In this document: positions 10,832 to 19,627 of the stretch, piece by piece
Numbering within the stretch: the stretch's first letter is position 1
Layout of the letters: each line of letters opens with the position of its first letter
Source of the DNA: Chitinivibrionales bacterium
GTDB taxonomy: Bacteria > Fibrobacterota > Chitinivibrionia > Chitinivibrionales > WJKA01
Assembly (NCBI GenBank): GCA_038247415.1
Contig: JBBRUX010000010.1
Coordinates: forward strand, 33,191-97,190
Direction of reading: 5' to 3'
DNA length: 64,000 nucleotides
The notes under the pieces: model-generated
The model's input: only the letters and a program-made list of their open reading frames with translations
Told to the model about the DNA's origin: nothing
Databases searched by the model: none
Translations under genes and position numbers: made by a program

Positions 10832-11860
10832 ATGAAGCTTTCGCACATTGCGCTTCATCTTGGGTGTGCTTGTTCCAATACCGATGGTTTACAAGAAATC
10901 ATTGGTATTGCTGCTCCTGAAACTGCACTTGCGCTCGAAATTGTTTTTTTATCCGATCCCAAATACCTTCCGGCTGTTACAGAATCTCCAGCGTTAGTTG
11001 TTATTGTAAAGACAGGAACAGCTATCGCGGGTAAAATTCTTCTTGAGGTTGCCGATCCGTATGTTGGGTATGCAAAAGTAGCGCAGCTTTTTGAAGATTG
11101 TAAACCGCTTTTTGCTCCTCACACTCCTCAAACCGTTTATATCGATCCATCAGCGTCTGTTCATGCTAGTGTTGCGCTTGGTCCCTTTTGTGTTATTGGT
11201 GCACGCTGTAGCGTGGGCGAAAATACCGTACTGGGCGCTGGGGTTGTTGTTGAACCAGGGTGCACTCTAGGATCCAATTGCCGAATAGATTCCAGAGCTG
11301 TTATAAAACGTTATTGCTCACTCGGCAATAATGTAATTATTGAGTCTGGTACTGTTATAGGATCCGAAGGTTTTGGCAACGCTTATGATGGCAAAGAGTT
11401 TGTTCGCATCCCGTCTATGGGAACGGTAATCATAGAAGATAACGTTTGGATTGGCGCTAATACCTGCATCGATCGTGGTGCTTTGGGGCCCACGGTTATT
11501 GGTAAAGGGTCTCGATTAGATAACCTTATTCATATTGCGCATAATGTTACTGTAGGCCATAACACGGCAATGGCTGCCCAGGTGGGCATATCTGGAAGCA
11601 CCAAAGTTGGTAACAATGTAATTCTTGCCGGTCAAGCAGGTTTTGTTGGTCACATCGAAATTGGTGATGGGGCATTCGTTGGTGCACAAGCAGGTGTCAG
11701 CAAAAGTGTTGCACCAGGTGCTAAAGTAACGGGTTACCCAGCCCGCGATTTTATGACGATGCGTCGCATTGAAGCTGCCGAAAGCGAGCTACCCCAGCTC
11801 ATCAAAGAATTTAGACATGTCAAGAAGCGGCTCGATAAGCTCGATCCTCCCTCGGTATAA
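10832..11860 (+). CDS. lpxD: UDP-3-O-acylglucosamine N-acyltransferase LpxD
   Basis: Hexapeptide repeats, GSEGFG, IGANTCIDRG, LDNLIHIAHNV, GHIEIG. Confidence 0.95.
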   Translation: MKLSHIALHLGCACSNTDGLQEIIGIAAPETALALEIVFLSDPKYLPAVTESPALVVIVKTGTAIAGKILLEVADPYVGYAKVAQLFEDCKPLFAPHTPQTVYIDPSASVHASVALGPFCVIGARCSVGENTVLGAGVVVEPGCTLGSNCRIDSRAVIKRYCSLGNNVIIESGTVIGSEGFGNAYDGKEFVRIPSMGTVIIEDNVWIGANTCIDRGALGPTVIGKGSRLDNLIHIAHNVTVGHNTAMAAQVGISGSTKVGNNVILAGQAGFVGHIEIGDGAFVGAQAGVSKSVAPGAKVTGYPARDFMTMRRIEAAESELPQLIKEFRHVKKRLDKLDPPSV

Positions 11861-11918
11861 ATACTATCCTTGATAAATGTTAAATCGTAGGAACTACAAA
11901 GTATAAAGCTAATGCTTT

Positions 11919-13043
11919 TTAATGCCCGGTAATCCAGAAACCGAGATGTGGTAATTCATCGGTGAGAGCTGCTTTTGCTTTGTTGAGTGATTCATTAAGA
12001 GATAATCCTAAGCAGAGCGGAATAAAAGATTCAGAAGGAATTCCAAGCGTTGAAACGTTTTTTACCTGCGCAGGATGAAAGTAGGCGCTTAAAAATTCTA
12101 CAAGTGTCAAATTATTTGCCCCGCCTCCCGATATCCAAACAATACTTGGAGAAGACGATGCAAGAGGAGTGCGTTTAAAACTTTTATAAATCGACAAAGA
12201 AGAAAGTGCTGTGAGTGTTGCGAGTTTATCTGCGGGTAAAAGATCCTTAAGCGCTTCGTGCTCCAAAAGTGACATACAACGCCAAATTGACAAAGGAATA
12301 GAGTCGGTAAATGAAAAGATTGGATCTGCAGAGAGTGTTTCGCACAAGCGAGTATCCACGGTTCCGGTGGCTGCGATTTTACCATCCCTATCAAAGCCTT
12401 CTGTGGCGCCACACTCGATCGCGCTATGGTTAATCAGGCATGTACCCGGTCCGCAGTCGATATCTGCAATAACTTTTTTGGTAGTACCATCTATTGCAAA
12501 CATTCGGCTAATGAGCCCAAGATTAATTGCGAGGATTGGCCCTTCTTGCGCCTTGGCAAGTACTTCCAAGCCCTCATGAGCAGCTCGTCGATCGGCAAGC
12601 ATGTTTGTAAGTATTGGTACATTATACAAGCGCGAAAGAGGAAGTGTAGAACCGATTTCGAATGTATGAGGCGCTCCAGAGAGTCCGCCTGGCTTTTCTT
12701 GAGAGAATATTATAAGCGAGTTCGCAATTATGCAATGAGGCTGCAATTGAGTTTTAGGAATACTTTTGAGAAGCGCGGCTGCACACTCCAAAAAAAGCCC
12801 AGAAATTTTAGCATCGAGATGGGTTATAAGGGCAAGTCCTAATGGAGTATCGGGTGACTCGAGAAGTTGGGTGATAAGGGCTTGTGTGGTTTGCGGATAC
12901 GGCAAAAATGCTTGAGAGAGAATTGACCAGCTTTCAGCCTTACACTCAAGGTAAAGGCCAGCTATGCCGCTTTGGAGTGAACCCGCAGAGAGTATCAGAA
13001 TCCGGCGAGATTTCGCTTTTTTAAGAGAACTCAAAAAATCCAT
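11919..13043 (-). CDS. Anhydro-N-acetylmuramic acid kinase-like protein (degenerate motifs)
   Basis: INLGLI, DCGPGTCLIN, FDRDGKIAATG, ATLTAL, SGGGANN match the AnmK layout, but the N-terminal MSGTSxDG and HGQT motifs are not recognisable. Confidence 0.7.
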   Translation of the reverse strand: MDFLSSLKKAKSRRILILSAGSLQSGIAGLYLECKAESWSILSQAFLPYPQTTQALITQLLESPDTPLGLALITHLDAKISGLFLECAAALLKSIPKTQLQPHCIIANSLIIFSQEKPGGLSGAPHTFEIGSTLPLSRLYNVPILTNMLADRRAAHEGLEVLAKAQEGPILAINLGLISRMFAIDGTTKKVIADIDCGPGTCLINHSAIECGATEGFDRDGKIAATGTVDTRLCETLSADPIFSFTDSIPLSIWRCMSLLEHEALKDLLPADKLATLTALSSLSIYKSFKRTPLASSSPSIVWISGGGANNLTLVEFLSAYFHPAQVKNVSTLGIPSESFIPLCLGLSLNESLNKAKAALTDELPHLGFWITGH

Positions 13044-13210
13044 CTGCGCCTCATTCGTAAAAGAGAAACACTCTTAACCTAATGCTTTAAAAAATAAAAT
13101 ACATTATTCATCGGTTAAAAGCGCGTAACAGTATCTTCTGGGATAGATCTAATGTATCTTTTACTCTTGTTTCGAGCATTTTCTTACCTTTTTAAGGGCA
13201 GGATCGTGGT

Positions 13211-14674
13211 ATGAACAATTATTGGTTGTTTTTGGATCGTTTTTTTCAAAAGGTAAGAATCGGATTAATTGTTGGGGCAATGGCCGTTCCGCTCTGCGCA
13301 GAAATGTTTACAGAAAGAAGTGTTACACTATCTGTGCTCCAATCAAATCGGGATATTGCACTTATCCAAAGCACAGCACTACGAGATTCACTCACGTATA
13401 TAGACAAAATGCAAACGTGGCTGCCTTCGGTTTCACTCTCGGCAACGCATAATTATGTTCTTCTCGATACTCAGACTATTCCTCCACCGCTTGGAAATGC
13501 GAATTCTGTTTTCTCTTCGTTTGGCATAGTTGCGCAGCAAAATGTTTCATCGGGTGGTGTTGCATCAGTCTCTGCAAGTCAGAACATCTTTCATGGGCAT
13601 AGTGGTAATGGTTTTGCCAAGCCAGCTTATAGCGGAGTCGTAGAAATCTCCTATATACAACCTCTCCTTTCAAACGCATGGGCGTATGGGGCATCTGATG
13701 TGCAAACAAAGCTAGCAGTGTGGGATAACGCTCTTGCAAAGGTTGCGAGACGAAGCGGTTTGCTCGCTCAAATTGCTTCGGTGCGAAAGAATTACTGGAA
13801 TTATTATCTGAGCTATAAAACTTTGTCAATTAATGAGAATGATGTTCAGTATTCGAAGCGAGCCGCGGAATTTGCTAAAGAGAAATTCAAACTTGGCGCA
13901 GTTGCCGAACTCGATACTCTTAGCGCAATGTTTAGCCTGATTACGGCAGAGCAAAATTTACTAACTGCTAAAAATTCCCTTGCTTATTCGCAAAGATCTT
14001 TAGCAATTCAGCTTGGGCTCTCCGTCACGAGCTATTTTGCAATTGATACAAACCTTGTATCATCGCTTGATTCTATGAAGTCGTTTGAATCATGCAGTAC
14101 AAGCGCATTCCACAATGATCCCGAGTTGTTGCGATTAAAAATCGCAACCGAAAAGTATGCGTATTTGTATAGGGATAATCGAAATGCTTTGCTGCCATCT
14201 GTTTCTGCATCGGCCCTGTATAACCAGAAAGTTCATGGTGCAATGGGGGATACGCTTGCAAGCGGAAACCTCACGATTGGTCTTAAGGCTGTGTATACAA
14301 TTCCCACTGTTTCTCCAACGCATGCTTTGCGAAAAACGAGTATGGACATAAACGATAATGCCTTGAATGAAGAATATCGCCACAAAACGCTCGCTAACCA
14401 GCTTCGTACTGCCTACGATGCGTTAAGAGCGGCTCGTAAATCTCTCGAATTATCGTTGATTGCAAAGCACATTGCACAAAAGAAACTCGATGCAGTAGAA
14501 GCGGGATATCGGCTGGGTACTAAGGATAATTTGACCTTCGAAAATGCTCATAACGATTATCTCGTATCTGCAAATGATGTTCTTGCGCGATATGTTACTG
14601 TTAAACAATTGGAAATTGATCTTGAAACCATTATCGGAACCGTTGGAGAATCGATTGGAGTAAAAGTTCCATGA
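13211..14674 (+). CDS. TolC-family outer membrane efflux protein
   Basis: Two OEP repeats (WLPSVSLS, LLPSVSAS, YIQPLL, FKLG/YRLG); first gene of adaptor-ABC operon. Confidence 0.85.
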   Translation: MNNYWLFLDRFFQKVRIGLIVGAMAVPLCAEMFTERSVTLSVLQSNRDIALIQSTALRDSLTYIDKMQTWLPSVSLSATHNYVLLDTQTIPPPLGNANSVFSSFGIVAQQNVSSGGVASVSASQNIFHGHSGNGFAKPAYSGVVEISYIQPLLSNAWAYGASDVQTKLAVWDNALAKVARRSGLLAQIASVRKNYWNYYLSYKTLSINENDVQYSKRAAEFAKEKFKLGAVAELDTLSAMFSLITAEQNLLTAKNSLAYSQRSLAIQLGLSVTSYFAIDTNLVSSLDSMKSFESCSTSAFHNDPELLRLKIATEKYAYLYRDNRNALLPSVSASALYNQKVHGAMGDTLASGNLTIGLKAVYTIPTVSPTHALRKTSMDINDNALNEEYRHKTLANQLRTAYDALRAARKSLELSLIAKHIAQKKLDAVEAGYRLGTKDNLTFENAHNDYLVSANDVLARYVTVKQLEIDLETIIGTVGESIGVKVP

Positions 14675-15816
14675 AGTTAGGAAATCACCTTGCAATGTTA
14701 GTCGTGTGTGGCGTTTTAAATTTTGGTTGCTCATCTGCAAAGCGTGATGCTTCTGAGATTGAGAATGTAAAAGTTGATTATATCGATTTGCATGATGTCA
14801 TCCGTCAAACAGGAGATGTTAGACCTGTTCTCAAAGTTGATATTAAATCTGAGGCGAGCGGTGTTATCAAAAGATTGAATGTCAAAGAAGGACAGGCTCT
14901 CAAAAAAAACGATACCATTCTCTCTATCGATCCCGCACGCTTACTGTATCAGAAACAACGGTGTGATTTGGCGGTAAGTTTGGCTCAAATTTCTCGGGAT
15001 CGGGCATTGCGCGACTTTGAACAAAACAATGAGCTTGCGGCAACGGGAAGCATTGCTTCTAAAACCCTGGCCGATTTAAAAAGCGAATATGAATTAAAGG
15101 ATATTCTTGTTCGGCAGCAGGAGTTGGAACAAAAGGATCTTGCTGACCAATTGAGAAAAACCGTTGTCCTCGCCCCCATGTCGGGCGTGCTCACAGCGCT
15201 CAATATAGAAGAGGGCGAAATAGCAGTGTCTGCAACCAATGGAACTGCACTAGGAACCGAAATAGGTACCATCTCAAATGTTTCAAACCTCGAAGTAGTA
15301 AGCAAAATTGGCGAAGTAGATTATGTACACGTTCACGCAGGCGATAAAGTGACCATTATTCCAGAAGCATTTGATAAAACAAAAACAACAGGCGTCATTA
15401 CGTTTGTTGCTCAAAGCGCAAAAAAAGCAGCAAACGAGGAATTAGGAACATTTGAGGTTCGCATTTCTGTTGACAGTGTAATTCCTGGAATTGCATCAGG
15501 AATTAATGTGAATGTTGAATTTCTGGTGCTCGACAAAAAACATGTTATCGGAATTCCCGGACGCTTTATTATGCGCCGCGACAATAAGTCATTTGTCAAT
15601 CTTGCTGCGCCAACAGCCAAAGATAAAAATGCCACGGTTGAAAAGGAAATTGTCGTAGGATCAACCGATTTTGCTCAATACGAGGTTGTTTCTGGGCTCT
15701 CTGTGGGAGATAACGTTGTTTCTGCGTCCGATCCCGATGAAGGCAAAAAAGGACAAAAGGGCAAAGCTCGATCGGGTGGTTTTGGAAATGTTGGAAGGCT
15801 CTCGGGAAGGCGCTAA
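14671..15816 (+). CDS. MacA-like periplasmic adaptor (lipoprotein)
   Basis: Lipobox NFGC, lipoyl-like IKSEASG / LAPMSG halves, EVVSGLSVGD. Confidence 0.88.
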   Translation: MKLGNHLAMLVVCGVLNFGCSSAKRDASEIENVKVDYIDLHDVIRQTGDVRPVLKVDIKSEASGVIKRLNVKEGQALKKNDTILSIDPARLLYQKQRCDLAVSLAQISRDRALRDFEQNNELAATGSIASKTLADLKSEYELKDILVRQQELEQKDLADQLRKTVVLAPMSGVLTALNIEEGEIAVSATNGTALGTEIGTISNVSNLEVVSKIGEVDYVHVHAGDKVTIIPEAFDKTKTTGVITFVAQSAKKAANEELGTFEVRISVDSVIPGIASGINVNVEFLVLDKKHVIGIPGRFIMRRDNKSFVNLAAPTAKDKNATVEKEIVVGSTDFAQYEVVSGLSVGDNVVSASDPDEGKKGQKGKARSGGFGNVGRLSGRR

Positions 15817-15819
15817 CCT

Positions 15820-16500
15820 ATGAGCATCGCAACGCCCGTTTTAGAAGTTCGCTCACTGTGCAAACATTATGTGCTCGGAAAAGAAAGCGTTCCGGTTCTT
15901 AAAAATGTTGATATGAGCATTGCACAAGGTGAGTATGTCGCCATTATGGGGCATAGCGGGGCCGGAAAATCTACGCTCCTCAATATACTGGGTTGCCTCG
16001 ATATTCCATCGTCGGGCGAATATCTCTTCAACGGTAAAAATATTGCCGATTGTAGTGCTAATAGCCTCTCTGATATCCGCAACAAAGACATTGGATTTGT
16101 TTTTCAAAATTTTAATCTGTTGCCAAAACTGACTGTTGCTGCCAATGTTGAACTCCCTCTTATATACGGCAATGTTGCTTCACGAAAGCGTAAATTGCGG
16201 GTGGCAGAAGTTCTTGATCGTTTTGGATTATTAGAACGCAAACATCATTTACCATCTCAAATTTCTGGCGGTCAAAAACAACGCGTTGCAATTGCTCGAG
16301 CCCTCGTTAAAAAACCATCGCTTATCCTTGCCGATGAACCCACCGGAAATCTTGATTCGGCAACAAGTCAGGAAATTTTAGCGGTATTCGATGAGTTGCA
16401 TAGGGAAGGAAATACAATTCTTGTCATTACGCACGAACATGACGTAGCAGATCGGGCTGATAGGTGCTTGCATCTGGTGGATGGGGCTTTTATTGCATGA
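15820..16500 (+). CDS. MacB/LolD-type ABC ATP-binding protein
   Basis: [36 protein letters not shown]. Confidence 0.95.
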   Translation: MSIATPVLEVRSLCKHYVLGKESVPVLKNVDMSIAQGEYVAIMGHSGAGKSTLLNILGCLDIPSSGEYLFNGKNIADCSANSLSDIRNKDIGFVFQNFNLLPKLTVAANVELPLIYGNVASRKRKLRVAEVLDRFGLLERKHHLPSQISGGQKQRVAIARALVKKPSLILADEPTGNLDSATSQEILAVFDELHREGNTILVITHEHDVADRADRCLHLVDGAFIA

Positions 16501-17723
16501 TCAGTAGCCGCTTAATTACTGTTTTTTTTGTGAACTTTCGTTTGTGCCTGCTGGAAATTTATTCTAACCGCATGCGTTCGCTCATAACCTCCCTTGGTAT
16601 TTTTCTTGGTGTCGCCTCCCTTCTTGCAAATCTCGCTTTTGTACGTGCCATGGATAACGACGTGAGAAAGAACCTCGAGCAAATTGGCGGATTATCTATT
16701 GTCACTATTAAAAAAATAGACCCGACGACCAAGAAAGAACGAATCAAATTTCAACAAACGCAACCTTTAACGGTTAGTAAAGTTCAAAACGCCCTAGAAA
16801 ATTTCCGTTTTTCGGCAACCATTCTGCCAAAGCTCGATCTGCATTGGAAACCAATTCGGTTTGCATCAAAAGAGGGTTGGGCCCGGGTTAGCGCTGCGGG
16901 AGAATCTCATCAGGATGCCTATAATTATACTATTGGTGAGGGTCGATGGCTTTCTGATGAGGAAGCCAGTAAGCATAAAGCCGAAGCGGTAATTGGCCTT
17001 TTAGCAGCAGAGAGAGTGTTTGGAAAAGGTATTGATCCTCTCGATAAGGAAGTGGTTTTTAACGGTAAAGTATTTAAAATTGTGGGGACCATAAAAACAG
17101 GTGATAAGTTTGACCGACGCGCAATGGAATTTTTTGTTAATTATTATTATTATGTCGGGCAATGTGGAGGTGCCAATTCTCCCGTTGGAGAAGTTGCCGT
17201 TAAACTTTCTAAAAGTGAAGATGCCCCAATGGCTGCACGGGAAATTCGCACTCGGATTGCATCCCTATCCCGTGGAATCGAAAATATTTCGGTAGAAACC
17301 AATGGCGATAAAATTAACGAAATGAAGGCTGCTGGTATGGGGATGAAAATCCTGCTTTTGGCTATTGCTGCAATTTCTCTTTTAGTTGGTGGAATTAGCA
17401 TTATGAATATCATGTTTGCAACAATAGGCGATCGTATTCGGGAAATTGGCATTCGTAAAGCCTTGGGTGCCCGTAAAGATGATATCCTCATGCAATTTCT
17501 TATTGAAGCGGTTCTTGTATGCTTTGTAGGCGGAATACCTGGTATGTTTCTGGGGGGAAGCGTAACGCTTTTTCCACCGGGCATTTTTCCTTTTGTTCCT
17601 GCGCTCGCGCTTTCAGATTATCTTTTAGCACTAGGTTTTACCCTTGCAGCCGGTTTTTTAGCAGGATTGTTTCCTGCTTTACGTGCAGCGAATATGCAGC
17701 CGATAGAAGCGCTCAGGTTTTAG
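16497..17723 (+). CDS. MacB/FtsX-family ABC permease 1
   Basis: RSLITSLGIFLGV, ISLLVGGISIMNIM, RIREIGIRKALGA, QFLIEA, PIEALR; ATGA overlap with the ATPase stop. Confidence 0.92.
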   Translation: MISSRLITVFFVNFRLCLLEIYSNRMRSLITSLGIFLGVASLLANLAFVRAMDNDVRKNLEQIGGLSIVTIKKIDPTTKKERIKFQQTQPLTVSKVQNALENFRFSATILPKLDLHWKPIRFASKEGWARVSAAGESHQDAYNYTIGEGRWLSDEEASKHKAEAVIGLLAAERVFGKGIDPLDKEVVFNGKVFKIVGTIKTGDKFDRRAMEFFVNYYYYVGQCGGANSPVGEVAVKLSKSEDAPMAAREIRTRIASLSRGIENISVETNGDKINEMKAAGMGMKILLLAIAAISLLVGGISIMNIMFATIGDRIREIGIRKALGARKDDILMQFLIEAVLVCFVGGIPGMFLGGSVTLFPPGIFPFVPALALSDYLLALGFTLAAGFLAGLFPALRAANMQPIEALRF

Positions 17724-17726
17724 GTT

Positions 17727-19022
17727 ATGCAAACTCTACTCAGATTATTCCAGTCTTTTGTGGTGGGAGTTTTTATGGCTTTCACCGAAATTGCATCGCA
17801 CAAGCTGCGCTCTATTTTATCGATATCAGGGGTGCTTTTAGGCGTTGCATCACTGGTCGCAATGCTTACGCTCATTGGGGGAATCGATAAGTTTCTTAAC
17901 CAAAAAATGTCGAAGTGGGCTGGATCGATTTGGTATTGGCAAAAGGGAAGCTCCGATGCCGCAGATAAACTTGCTTTTGCGCGGTCTCCGGGCTTACGTT
18001 TTTCGGATGGTGATTATCTTGTCGAAAATTCTACTCTTGTTAAAGGTGTAAAAAAAGAGATTTCACGCGAGGGCACCATGACCGTTGGCCGAGCTTCGGA
18101 ATGGGGACGTTTGCGGGGCTTGACAGAAAATATTTTTAACGAGGATACGGTAAATATCCAACTTGCAAGTGGGCGGTATCTGGATGCAACCGATTATAGG
18201 GTATCTGCGCGGGTCTGTGTGTGCTCGTGGGAAATGGCACAGCGGCTTTGTGCGCAAATCAGTAATCTCGATATCCCATCCGATTCTATACACCGCGATC
18301 AATACAACGTTGTACTTGGTAAAGATCTTGTTTTTCGGGGAGTTTCATACGAAATTGTTGGAATTTACGAGCCCAAAGATCCCGATTTTAAGCCCTGGAA
18401 TCTAAGACGGGTTGCGGCAATACCACTCAAAACAATGCAGGAAACTATTTCGGGTATCGATCCCAACCCTGGTGCCATAGAGGTAACCATTGCTAATGTT
18501 AAGCGGGCCAAAGAAGATGCAGAAAAAGTGGCAAAAGTATTGGCATTGCGGCATAGGGGAGTAGAAGATTTCGAATATCGTAGCGCCGAATGGATCGAGA
18601 ATATGAAATCGATGCTTGGAAATATTGGTTTGCTTATGGGAATTATTTCCGTTATATCCCTGCTTGTTGGGGGCTTAAGCATTATGAATGTAATGCTCTC
18701 ATCTATTTCAGAGCGTATCCACGAAATTGGTATTAGAAAAGCACTTGGTGCAAATACGATGCAGATATTTGTTCAATTTATAGCAGAAACTACCACGCTT
18801 TCTTGTTTAGGTGGTGTGTGCGGTGTTGTTGTTGGGCTTATTCCTCTTGCGTTTGGAGAGGCACTCAAAAAAGCATCTGATGGCGCAATTGAGCCCACTA
18901 TATTGCCAGTGCATATAATGTATGTGGTATTTGTCATTATGTTTGTTGGTGTACTCTTTGGGCTTTATCCGGCATTGCGAGCAAGTCGGATGAATCCCGT
19001 GGATGCGCTACGATACGAATAA
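17727..19022 (+). CDS. MacB/FtsX-family ABC permease 2
   Basis: LRSILS, ISLLVGGLSIMNVM, ERIHEIGIRKALGA, PVDALRYE. Confidence 0.92.
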   Translation: MQTLLRLFQSFVVGVFMAFTEIASHKLRSILSISGVLLGVASLVAMLTLIGGIDKFLNQKMSKWAGSIWYWQKGSSDAADKLAFARSPGLRFSDGDYLVENSTLVKGVKKEISREGTMTVGRASEWGRLRGLTENIFNEDTVNIQLASGRYLDATDYRVSARVCVCSWEMAQRLCAQISNLDIPSDSIHRDQYNVVLGKDLVFRGVSYEIVGIYEPKDPDFKPWNLRRVAAIPLKTMQETISGIDPNPGAIEVTIANVKRAKEDAEKVAKVLALRHRGVEDFEYRSAEWIENMKSMLGNIGLLMGIISVISLLVGGLSIMNVMLSSISERIHEIGIRKALGANTMQIFVQFIAETTTLSCLGGVCGVVVGLIPLAFGEALKKASDGAIEPTILPVHIMYVVFVIMFVGVLFGLYPALRASRMNPVDALRYE

Positions 19023-19050
19023 GCCTCAATTTCTTAGCAAAGGATACCGA

Positions 19051-19542
19051 ATGGAAACAATGTGGGCGCCGTGGAGAATGAAGTATGTTGGGGAACCAAA
19101 AAAATCCCCAGATAAATGCATCTTTTGTGATAAGCCTTTACAAAAGACAGATCGTGAAAATTGCATCCTCTTCCGCGGAGCGAGCTGCTTTATCATTCTG
19201 AATGCGTACCCTTATAATAATGCGCATGCTATGATTATTCCGTATCGCCACTGCTCAGACATTGCAGTTCTTACAACAAACGAATCGGCCGAAATGTGGC
19301 AATTAGCAACCAGGTATAAAAATGCCCTCGAAGCAGCTTTCCATCCCGAAGGGTATAACATTGGCATGAACCTTGGCAGAGTAGCTGGGGCTGGTATCGA
19401 TCAGCATTTGCATTTGCACATACTTCCTCGATGGAATGGGGATACTAATTTCATGTCGAGCGTTGCCAATACTCGTGTTATTTCACAGGAAATTTTCGAA
19501 ACCTATGATCTGCTCAAGCCATATTTTGAGACCAATCAGTAG
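19051..19542 (+). CDS. HIT-family nucleotide hydrolase (Ap4A hydrolase/phosphorylase type)
   Basis: WAPWR, CIFC, LNAYPYNNAH, histidine triad HLHLH, PRWNGDTNFM. Confidence 0.92.
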   Translation: METMWAPWRMKYVGEPKKSPDKCIFCDKPLQKTDRENCILFRGASCFIILNAYPYNNAHAMIIPYRHCSDIAVLTTNESAEMWQLATRYKNALEAAFHPEGYNIGMNLGRVAGAGIDQHLHLHILPRWNGDTNFMSSVANTRVISQEIFETYDLLKPYFETNQ

Positions 19543-19627
19543 TTCGCTTGGTACAGTCATGAAATAATTTAGTGGTACTTACTTATCTTCATTGGAAAAA
19601 CGCCATCCTGATGGTATTTTTATACGT

